In this document: positions 18,763 through 27,600 of the stretch, piece by piece
Numbering within the stretch: position 1 is the first letter of the stretch
How the letters are laid out: the number at the start of each line of letters is the position of its first letter
Source of the DNA: Treponemataceae bacterium
Lineage (GTDB): Bacteria; Spirochaetota; Spirochaetia; Treponematales; Rectinemataceae
Length of the DNA: 64,000 nucleotides
Direction of reading: 5' to 3'
Assembly (NCBI GenBank): GCA_963667725.2
Contig: CAXXHO010000005.1
Location: forward strand, 1-64,000
Notes under the pieces: model-generated
The model's database searches: none
What the model was told of the DNA's origin: nothing
Seen by the model: the letters and a program-made list of their open reading frames with translations, nothing else
Made by a program: the position numbers and the translations under genes

Positions 18763-19773
18763 ATGTATAACCAGTTCTTTGGATTGCGCAAAACGCCGTT
18801 CAATCTGACTCCAGACCCGGAGTTTCTCTATCTCACCGCCCAGCATCAAGAGGCTTTGGCGGGGTTTACATACGCCATTCTGGCTCGCAAGGGATTCGTG
18901 GTTCTGACAGGCGATGCCGGGACAGGGAAAACCACTCTTCTCACGCGGGTTTTGCATCACCTTCCGGTTACGCGGGTTCAATCGAGCGTGATTGTCAACC
19001 CGACCCTCACCGCGACGGAGTTCCTCGAAGCGACACTGCTCGATTTCGGCATTACAGATGTTCCGGCAAGCAAGGCGCAGAGGATCGTGCGCTTGCAGAA
19101 TCTTCTTTGGAGCGCCCACCGGGCGGGGAAGGTTTCGGCGCTAATCATCGATGAAGCACACAAGTTGAGTGCGGAGGTTCTCGAAGAGATTCGGCTCTTG
19201 GGCAACTTCGAGTCTCCGGATGCGAAACTCCTGCAGGTGGCCCTGATCGGCCAGAGTGAGCTGGACGATTTGCTGAATCGGGATCACATGCGGCAGTTCC
19301 GGCAGAGGATTGCATTGCGGGTTTCCATCGGCCCGCTGGCGGCGGCTGAGGTGCCGGAGTACATCCGGTTTCGCTGGGCAAAAGCAGGCGGAGGACCGGA
19401 GGCGCCGTTTTCCAAGAGCGCGCTGGCCGAGATCGCCCGCGTGTCGAAAGCGATTCCGAGGGTCATCAACGTTCTCTGCGACAATGCTCTGATGCAGGCT
19501 TTCGGAGAGGGTGCAGCCGTGGTGGACACGAGGCATGTGCTGGCCGCTTGCCAGGACCTGCGCATGACGGATCAACGCGTGCAACCGCCCGCTCCGAAGG
19601 TGGAGGCGGCAGAGGTAGCAGAGGTGGCGGATAAGGTTGAGCCGTCTCCCCCGCTCGTCGATAACTATACGATGCGAACGCTGGAACGGTATAACACGGG
19701 ACATCGGCGAGCATCTTTGCTATCGCGGCTGGCGACGAAATTGGGAATGAATCAAAGGACTGAAACGGCGTGA
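18763..19773 (+). CDS. ExeA-family AAA ATPase (exosortase-system-associated)
   Basis: MYNQFFGLRKTPFNLTPDPEFLY; Walker A GDAGTGKTT; Walker B LIIDEAH; LIGQSEL; IPRVINVLCDNAL. Confidence 0.92.
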   Translation: MYNQFFGLRKTPFNLTPDPEFLYLTAQHQEALAGFTYAILARKGFVVLTGDAGTGKTTLLTRVLHHLPVTRVQSSVIVNPTLTATEFLEATLLDFGITDVPASKAQRIVRLQNLLWSAHRAGKVSALIIDEAHKLSAEVLEEIRLLGNFESPDAKLLQVALIGQSELDDLLNRDHMRQFRQRIALRVSIGPLAAAEVPEYIRFRWAKAGGGPEAPFSKSALAEIARVSKAIPRVINVLCDNALMQAFGEGAAVVDTRHVLAACQDLRMTDQRVQPPAPKVEAAEVAEVADKVEPSPPLVDNYTMRTLERYNTGHRRASLLSRLATKLGMNQRTETA

Positions 19774-20708
19774 GCAAAATATTCGAGACATTGAACAGGG
19801 GTGGGGGCGAACTCGCAGATCTCATACGCCCGGTTGTCGGAGGTCCGCGCGTCGTGCCTACGAATGGCGCCGCCAAGCAGATTCCCACCGTCCCGCCAAC
19901 GCATGACGAGCGGAATGTGGTGCCGGAGAAGCCGCCCACAAGCGCCGACGGGACGCCCTGGGAGGCAATTCGAACGCTGAAACTCCGGGTCCCTGCACCC
20001 TCTCCTCTGCTGCCGTTTGAGAGCGGTCAGCCGAAGGCGAGCGAGCAGTATCGAATCCTGCGCACGAAGATCACCCAAAACCGCAGACAACCGCGGGTGA
20101 TCGTCATTTCCAGCGCGGATGCCGGTGACGGCAAGAGCGTAAACGCCATCAATACCGCGGCGGCGCTGTCGTTGAAGAGCGAAGCGAGATCGTTGCTCGT
20201 GGACGCGGACCTGCGTCGGTCAGCAACTCACGTCTTGCTGGGTCTGCCACCCGCTCCGGGCCTGTCCGATGTGCTTCAGGGGACCGCCACCTTGGAAGAG
20301 GCGCTGGTGCACACGCACGAGTTCCCAAATCTATACGTGCTGCCGGCAGGCACGGCGCCCGCGAATCCGGCGGAACTGCTGGACAGTGCCCAGTGGCCGG
20401 CCCTGTGTGCGCGGCTTCGCGCGATGTTCCGGTTTGTCGTGATCGACTCGCCACCGATGGGTGCCGTGGCGGATTACGACCTGATCCAGACGGTGTGTGA
20501 CGGAATTGCTCTGGTGGTGCGCCCGGATCACACGAACCGGGCACTATTGCGGAAAGCGTTGGAGAGTGTGCCGAAAGAGAAGTTGCTTGGCGTGATGCTG
20601 AATTGTGTCCCAGCGTGGTCGCTTTCGCATCAGTATGATGCAAGCCACTACTACCAATACCAGGACGTGAGCTCTGCTGAAGGAGCGGAAGGCCGCACTA
20701 AAGCGTAG
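19770..20708 (+). CDS. CpsD/CapB-family BY tyrosine kinase
   Basis: EQYRILRT; SADAGDGKS; LVDADLRR; VIDSPP; C-terminal Tyr cluster YDASHYYQY. Confidence 0.92.
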   Translation: MSKIFETLNRGGGELADLIRPVVGGPRVVPTNGAAKQIPTVPPTHDERNVVPEKPPTSADGTPWEAIRTLKLRVPAPSPLLPFESGQPKASEQYRILRTKITQNRRQPRVIVISSADAGDGKSVNAINTAAALSLKSEARSLLVDADLRRSATHVLLGLPPAPGLSDVLQGTATLEEALVHTHEFPNLYVLPAGTAPANPAELLDSAQWPALCARLRAMFRFVVIDSPPMGAVADYDLIQTVCDGIALVVRPDHTNRALLRKALESVPKEKLLGVMLNCVPAWSLSHQYDASHYYQYQDVSSAEGAEGRTKA

Positions 20709-20711
20709 CTG

Positions 20712-21248
20712 CTACGGATTCGGGACCGCGGCAGTGGCCTGATTGGAGTAGGCACTCTCGTTGCTGCTGCTATCGACCGCGGTCGCGACGTAGTAGTAGG
20801 TTTGGCCGGAGGTCACGTTGTTGTCGGTGTATCCAAGCCCGGACACGGTGGAGGACGTGATCTTCGTGTACGGTCCGCCCGAAACGGTTCCGCGGTAGAC
20901 GTTATAGCCGGTCACGCCAGACGATGTGCTTGCCTGCCAGCTCAACGCTACGCTGTGCGAGGTCGTACCGGTGCCTGTGACGCAGGATCCCCCCAAGGCT
21001 GCATTCGTAACGCGCTGGATCACAATGACATTGCACGTGTTGGAGCCGTAGACGTTCGCCGTGCATGAGCTGATGCCAAGGGTCATATTCGTGGCCAGTT
21101 GGACATCGACAACATTGACCGCCCCGTCACTGTTGAGGTCGCATGCGCTGGTCTGCGCCCACGTAGCAGGAACGAACACAATAGCCGAGAGAAGACAGAG
21201 GAGACCCTTCACGTTAGAAATCTTAGGGTACCAGATGTACTGGGTCAA
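20712..21248 (-). CDS. Small secreted dockerin-like + fibronectin type III protein
   Basis: Signal peptide; CDLNSDGAVNVVDVQLATNMTLG plus degenerate second repeat; HSVALSW..GYNVYRG..YTD..TYYYVATAVD..ES.YSN. Confidence 0.8.
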   Translation of the reverse strand: MTQYIWYPKISNVKGLLCLLSAIVFVPATWAQTSACDLNSDGAVNVVDVQLATNMTLGISSCTANVYGSNTCNVIVIQRVTNAALGGSCVTGTGTTSHSVALSWQASTSSGVTGYNVYRGTVSGGPYTKITSSTVSGLGYTDNNVTSGQTYYYVATAVDSSSNESAYSNQATAAVPNP

Positions 21249-21314
21249 TACTAACGAAAGCTGGCTGGAGGATTTAACTGAAGTTAGGAACGGTGCCCGC
21301 CGTTCGTGCGCGCT

Positions 21315-22460
21315 CTACTTGATCGTGAGCGTTACGCCATACTGGCTTGTACTTGTGCCGATCTTCATCATCACGGGAACTGTATATCCAGGCGTGACTG
21401 TCATGGGGACTATGCAGTTGATCTGGAGCACACCCGCAATCAGCCCTGGGGCCGCACCAGCGTACAGTATGAGAGCGTCAGCCCCTCCGATCTGGACAGA
21501 CACTGGCAGCAATGGCTTGGGTAACGGGTCCGCAGAAAGTTGACCATCGATGCCTGGTGGGTTCGTTTGGCCAGCACCGTGTGCGAACAAACTGATGATC
21601 GAGCCACGCTCTGCGGCGTTCATTGGTGTATTGATGGTCGAATCGCAGTTGAGAATGGCGCCTGGACCGATGCCGCTGGCGTCGAGGGTGAAGATGCCAG
21701 GAGCGGCTTCGGTCACCGGCAGATCCATAGCAACTGTCTCTTCAGCTGCGGCCCTGATTTCCAGACGAGTGCTGGAAGTCCCCGTCACGCTATACGGAAC
21801 AACAGCGTTAATCTGGTTCGCATCAGCGTAGAGAATGGCGGCACGTCTCCCATCGAACTGCACCCGGAGCGCATTCTGCGCCGATGAACTGCCGATTCCG
21901 GATCCGATCAATGTAATGATTTCGCCCGGAGCGATTGCCCCAGGAAGCAGGCTTGCGGCATTCAGGACACCGGCTGGTGACAAGCGGCTCAGGACCCCGG
22001 AATCCTGTATGGAGACAAAGCCATCCGCCCCATTTAGCGGTGCGTAGTCTCCGGATGGAGTTGCACCCTGGATAGCAGACAACTGCAATGCATAGGTGTT
22101 TGCGGGTGCGGTCGCCGCCAGGTTGACGATCAGATTGGCGGCAACACCATCCGGAATCGGACTCTGGTTCAAGCCGTAGAGCACAAATCGTTTCCGGCTT
22201 GGGCCGATGTCTGCGATACTCAGCCGCCCACCCGAACCTCGCAGGATCTCACCAACGGTAGTGTTCAGGCTGATCACGGAGGAGTCATAGATCAGATCGA
22301 ACTGCAAAGCGCTAATGACGGACGCATCGGATCTAAAGGAGATGGGAAGGATAACGCTTCCACCGGGGCGTGAGGTCCCTGAGGCTACCGAGAGTGTCGC
22401 CGCTGTCACCGTCGCGGTTGAGATTAAGCCAAGAAGGATCGTCGCGAGTCCGGTTTTCAT
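21315..22460 (-). CDS. Secreted cohesin-domain protein with TIGR03437-like C-terminal domain
   Basis: LSVASGTSRPGGSVILPISF..ISALQFDLIYDSSVISL (cohesin-like); VLNAAS..IAPGEIITLIGSG..QINAVVP..YAGAAPGLIAGVLQIN. Confidence 0.8.
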   Translation of the reverse strand: MKTGLATILLGLISTATVTAATLSVASGTSRPGGSVILPISFRSDASVISALQFDLIYDSSVISLNTTVGEILRGSGGRLSIADIGPSRKRFVLYGLNQSPIPDGVAANLIVNLAATAPANTYALQLSAIQGATPSGDYAPLNGADGFVSIQDSGVLSRLSPAGVLNAASLLPGAIAPGEIITLIGSGIGSSSAQNALRVQFDGRRAAILYADANQINAVVPYSVTGTSSTRLEIRAAAEETVAMDLPVTEAAPGIFTLDASGIGPGAILNCDSTINTPMNAAERGSIISLFAHGAGQTNPPGIDGQLSADPLPKPLLPVSVQIGGADALILYAGAAPGLIAGVLQINCIVPMTVTPGYTVPVMMKIGTSTSQYGVTLTIK

Positions 22461-23362
22461 GCTCTCGTCCCTTGTGCATGTGCGCTTTGCTTACGGCACT
22501 CTGAGTTTCGAAATAGCACCATGACGGCAGCTAGAATTGCGACGGATATTAGGGAGAACAGCACTCCGCCAGAGTGGTGGAGGCTACCAAACAGGAAACT
22601 AGGGTCCACGTAAATGGCAAGACAGGTAAGGGTAACAATTCGAACCGCGTTGGTGAACATCGCTATCGGAGCTGTAAGCAGAACAAGACAGGCTCGCTTA
22701 ACGTTAGACCGCAGTGATAAGTGGGCCACCAGCAAGCCCGTGATAAATAGCGCTGTGGCTGATCGGATGGAGCTGCACTCCTTGGCAATTTCAATCGTGA
22801 AGTGAGGAACCGAGAATCTAAACCCTTCTCGAAACGCCGGCACGTGCAGGATGCCGAATAGCAGCGAAGTCATTTCCGACGATCCGGCTCTAAGAACGGA
22901 GACGATCTCGTCCAGCAGGGGCATCGGAATCGGAAGCATCAAAAGAAGCAGCACGAGCGGGAACGTCGCCGCCTTATAGGAACTTGGGCCATAGCAAAAC
23001 AAGAAAATGGCCGTCCATGCCACAATTATGCCGAACACTTGGACGAATAGGCCTGCATCCGTCGACAGACGCGCGTGGCTGGCGCCGTTACAAATGGCGA
23101 TGCCGAGTATCAGCAGCGGCAATCCAATCTTTGGGCACAGGCGGGCTTGCCGGAACACCTTCTGCCTTTTCAGATACAGCAGGCCAGCGCTGATAAACGG
23201 GATTGTCACGGCATGAGAATAGTGTTCGTCCTGAATCGCCAGAGTCACCAAGGTCCGCAGTTGGCCGTAGAACACCAGGAGCATCAGCAGAAAAGCGACT
23301 GGGAACCAGAAAGGCTGTCCCAAAGACTGTTCCGTTTTGTTGGCTTTCGGGACGGGGTGCAT
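22457..23362 (-). CDS. Exosortase (EpsH/Xrt family)
   Basis: Multi-TM protein; DEHYSH; LMLPIP; catalytic Cys/Arg/His in ECSSIRS, NAVRI, LHHSGG. Confidence 0.92.
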   Translation of the reverse strand: MHPVPKANKTEQSLGQPFWFPVAFLLMLLVFYGQLRTLVTLAIQDEHYSHAVTIPFISAGLLYLKRQKVFRQARLCPKIGLPLLILGIAICNGASHARLSTDAGLFVQVFGIIVAWTAIFLFCYGPSSYKAATFPLVLLLLMLPIPMPLLDEIVSVLRAGSSEMTSLLFGILHVPAFREGFRFSVPHFTIEIAKECSSIRSATALFITGLLVAHLSLRSNVKRACLVLLTAPIAMFTNAVRIVTLTCLAIYVDPSFLFGSLHHSGGVLFSLISVAILAAVMVLFRNSECRKQSAHAQGTRA

Positions 23363-23377
23363 TGAGGAGGACGGTCC

Positions 23378-24499
23378 TTACGCGAAGTGCCTGTAGAAGA
23401 TGCTCCCCACCGCAGAAAACACAGGATCGGGCAAGCAGGCTACGACGGATCCAGCTGCTCTTGGAAGCCAGCCCATATGAAGTGCGTTGAACGCGTGCTT
23501 GTTCTGTCTCGCAAATCGGGTGTAGGTCAAGGATGAGCGGGCGGCGCCCCAGCGATCCTTGAAAGTGATCAGGCCAGCGTTGTCGCAATCGGAGCGACCA
23601 AGGTCGAACTCGCTCAGACCGTCGCGCCGAGCATCCTGGATGGCGGTCCAGAACAGGAGCTGGGTGCCGCCGAGATTGCTGTAGCGCGCGTCGGAGCAGC
23701 CGTATTTATAGACAAGCGTGTCTTTGTGGCGTAGCGTCAGTATGGCTGCCAGCGGCTGTTGATCCCTTAATGCGACCCTGATCTCGAGCGCATCAGCGAG
23801 GCAATTAATCAGATTGCGGAACCAACTCCGGGGTTGCGGCGGGAGTTGGTGTCGGCGACGCGTCATAACGACCAAGTTCCAGAATGCGTCCAGGAGATCC
23901 CGGGAGCGGCCGGCTTTGCAGACAATGCCTTCCCGTTCGGCGCGCCGGATCTTTCGTTGTGTGCAGTCCTTATGACAGTTTCGCAGCAGCGTCGCGACAT
24001 CGGGCCGCAGATCTAAACGATGGAAGCAGTACTGCTGGGTGGATACGTTGAGGTCCAACGTAGCGTCCAAAGGGCGCTCGGCTCGAATTTCCACATAGTG
24101 CAGATTGTCCCGGCGGAGTTCTTGATCGAGTGAGGCGAGGAATGCTCTACCTTCGGTCGCATCACGGAGCAGTGGCGCACAGTGATCCGAGAACGGGAGT
24201 GAGACCAAGCGATCCCCCGTGATTGAGCTCCTCACAAGGCACAGGACCATCGCGTCCTCAAGCGGGGTGCCAGGGGCCGATGTGGTGTACGCGATGGGCT
24301 CAAATCCATACGTCTGCTGGAGCGCGGTGAGCCACTCCCGGGTATGAAAAATGGAAGACAGGGGGTGCCTCGTAACGAGACCGGTCCATCGGGGATCTTG
24401 AAGCGGGCAGATTTTATAGATCACCGATGGACCCTCGACGGAGGATAAACCATTCTTGTTTTGGGGAACCAGCCGACTGGGACACACAAAATTCGGCAT
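23378..24499 (-). CDS. FemAB-like GNAT-family protein
   Basis: IFHTREWL; LVSLPFSDHC; RKIRRAEREG; YKYGCSD; FDLGRSD..GLITFKDRWGA. Confidence 0.85.
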   Translation of the reverse strand: MPNFVCPSRLVPQNKNGLSSVEGPSVIYKICPLQDPRWTGLVTRHPLSSIFHTREWLTALQQTYGFEPIAYTTSAPGTPLEDAMVLCLVRSSITGDRLVSLPFSDHCAPLLRDATEGRAFLASLDQELRRDNLHYVEIRAERPLDATLDLNVSTQQYCFHRLDLRPDVATLLRNCHKDCTQRKIRRAEREGIVCKAGRSRDLLDAFWNLVVMTRRRHQLPPQPRSWFRNLINCLADALEIRVALRDQQPLAAILTLRHKDTLVYKYGCSDARYSNLGGTQLLFWTAIQDARRDGLSEFDLGRSDCDNAGLITFKDRWGAARSSLTYTRFARQNKHAFNALHMGWLPRAAGSVVACLPDPVFSAVGSIFYRHFA

Positions 24500-24546
24500 C
24501 CGACGATTTGGCTAATCCCGAGCGACAGACTCTCCGCACTGCCACG

Positions 24547-24561
24547 GCAATCGAAGGTCCG
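24547..24561 (-). promoter_or_regulatory. Sigma-54 promoter for the GNAT-exosortase-cohesin-dockerin unit
   Basis: Minus strand CGGACCTTCGATTGC = GG-N10-GC with TTGC. Confidence 0.55.
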
Positions 24562-24675
24562 AAGAGGGTGCGAGGGGCGAGATTCACTGCTATAGCACCC
24601 CACGGTATGAGTGTGCTTTGTTCCGCTTTGCACCACATCACGTGAGCGTGTAAGCCGCCGCTATCTGGTATCCTG

Positions 24676-27600
24676 CTACCACTCATTGCGTGAGTTGGAA
24701 CCGGTCATTGGCGTTTGCAGACCCGCCAAATCAATTGCTTCTTTTATCTTTTCTGCCAGGACCTGCACGTAGGGATCTACGAATATACCGCCTGGCGCAG
24801 TGGGCAGTTCTTCTATCTTCAGTGACCCAGTAACAACACCGTCCCATCCCATCTGGGGATCGCGCATATATGAGTAGTGTCTGTTTGGCTTGAAGATAGT
24901 TACCGGCCCCGCGTAAGGGGTTGGCACGTACCCAAAAGCAAGCTTATCATTACGATCTTCGAGCCAGACGTCAGAAATCGGAATCCCAGTGCGGCCAAGC
25001 CTCAGAAAGTTCGAGACTCTAGCCGCTGTTTTTTGGGATTCTCTCAAGATCGCAACTTTGAGCTTTTTCCCTAGATAATTTAGTTGGTGTTTCATGCTGA
25101 GTCGGATGAGGTTTACTAGGTGAAAAGTGACCTTTTCAGTAGCGTTCAAGAGCTGCTCGCGAAGCGAGCGGTGCAAGCCGGCGCCGCGAAAATTGTAAGT
25201 ATCGATCAGAGCGAGGAACGCCACTTCCTCCCCCTCCTTTCGAAGAATCTGTGCCATAGCATAGGCGATTAGGCCACCCATGCAGAACCCGCCAAGACAA
25301 TATGGTCCCTTGGGTTGGACCTGCCGAATTTCCTCCAGGTAGCAGGCGGCCATTTCCTGGATGGACCGTGGAATCTTCCTGCTCGGACCCATTCGGCGGG
25401 CCTGCAGCGCGTAGAAAGGGTAGTCGGGTGCCATTTGGCGGGCCAAGTCGCCGAAGATCAAGACGTTGCCTCCAGCCCCATGCACGCAGAAAAACGGCTT
25501 CTTGGTACCCTGTTCTTGCATCGGTACAAGGGATGACCAGGGTCGGGAATCTCCGGTTCGGAGCAGAGCGGACAGTTCTTCTACTGTAGGTGCACGAAGC
25601 AATACAGAGATGGGGAGATTTCTTCCAAAACGCTTCTTTAGTTCCATGAACAGCCGAGCCGCCGTTAGGGAATTGCCTCCGAGATCGAAGAAGTTGTCCC
25701 GCAATCCAATATCGTTCACGCCGAGTATCTTTGTCCATGTATCGCGCAACTGCTCCTCCAGCGTGTCCCCATATTTCGTGGTAGTTCGTTCATCGCAAAT
25801 AGGCGCCGGTAATGCCTCCACGTTTTCTGCCGAGGGGATGCTGAAGAACAGTGTTTCGGGGGCGGGAACATTCTCCGATTCCGTCAAACCTGCCAGTTCG
25901 AGCGCTGCTCGCCCAGGCCCAGCCGCCATAGCTACCAGAATCTTTTCGAGCGCCGCCAGCCAGTTTTCCACTGTCGCGTGCTTCAGCAGTCCCGTATCGT
26001 AGTGGCAGTGCAGTTCCAGGCCATCCTCGTCCTCAATGGCGTTCAAGTACCATTCGAACGACTCACTGGTTTTCGCATTGGCATAGTAGTCCACGGAAAA
26101 GCCGTGTTGCGGCAACTCGTGCCGCCGGAATTTCTTCACGTTGGTCAACCCGGCCGGGATTGGAGAGAGGTGTTGCGCAGGGGTGGAAGGTCGCAGGGTT
26201 TCGAGCAGACTCACTAGGGTGAACGAGGATTCGTCACAGGCTTCGCCGAGTTCTTTTTGTACGCGCGTCAGGTACTCATTCACACTCTCGTTGCTTTGTA
26301 AATCCACCAAGAACGGCAGCAGGCCGACGCAATGACCGACTAACTGAGGTTTACCTACAGCTGGCTGGTCGGCCGTGGGGAGAGCGATCACAAACCTCCG
26401 CTGCTTCGAGACCTGTGCGAGCATGATGGACAGGGCCCCCAGAATAGCGGCGAAGAAGCTGCAGCCTTGTTTTGCCGCCATCTCGCGGGTCTTTTCCACG
26501 ATTGGGGCGGCAATTCTGCGATCTAGGCGTCTAGCGCGGCTAACGCGCCGCGCCCCCCGGGGGAAATCGGCGGGCAATACTAGTGGCGGCAGCCCGCCGG
26601 CGAATTTATTCGCCCAGAACCTTCTTGAGTCCACAAACTTCACGGAATGCTCGCGCCGCACCACCTCGGCCGCGTAACTGGCGAAGCTCGATACTGGGCC
26701 CAAATTGGACGGCACGCCGGATATTTCTTCCGAATAGAACGCACACCAGTCATGGATCAAGACGTCCAGTGACCAGCCATCGCAAATCACGTGATGGCCG
26801 GTGATGATTACAGCCGCAGAATCGCGTCCCAATACGATAATCTGACTGCGGAAAAGCGGACCGCTGGGCAACGCAAATGGGCGTGCCATCTCTTCCGTCG
26901 TCAGTTCGCGAAGCCTGACTTGGCGTTCCGAGTCCCGGGTAAGGCCGGAAAGATCGATAACCGGAACGCGCAACTCCATCTCGGGGGCCACTCGCATCAC
27001 CGACCCGGTTTCATCGAAAGACGCACGTAAGGCGTCATGCCGTTCAACTAGTCGCTGCAGAGACCTCGTGAGTTGTGGAACTGAAACACAGCCCTTCACA
27101 AACAGCGTGATGGACTCGTTGTAGGAAGCGGACAGGTTATCAGAGAGCCGCGACGAGAAAAAGATGCCCCGTTGCGGCACCGTGGACGGCGTCGAAACCA
27201 CAATAGCAGTACCCGAAGCAAGGACCGACTCAGGAATGACGGCGGCTGATCCCGCGGGTGTAGTCGGTTCGTTCGTATCGGGCTGTCGCGTTCTCTGCAA
27301 CTCCATCTGGCGCAAATTCCGCTCGATCACAACGTGCGCGATTTCCTGAAGTGATGTGGGTGGAGCGGATGGGCCATCGGCCATCGAATTGTTCAGATGT
27401 TCCGCGACCATTTGCACGTTCGGGAACTGATTCATGAGCTCGGTGAAGCTCATCTTGATCCCGAACTCCTTACGGATGGCAAAGGCGACCTGGGCCAAAG
27501 AGAGAGAGTCGAAACCTTGCTCCAAGAACGTTGCCGAGGTGCTGATTTGCGCGCGCTCGTGTCCCGATATGGGGACAAGAATATCGAGCAGGGCTGCCGT

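Noticed and set aside
18763..19773. ExeA ATPase as evidence of a type II secretion system
   Set aside because: No gsp genes in the window; such ATPases are usual in exosortase/EPS loci
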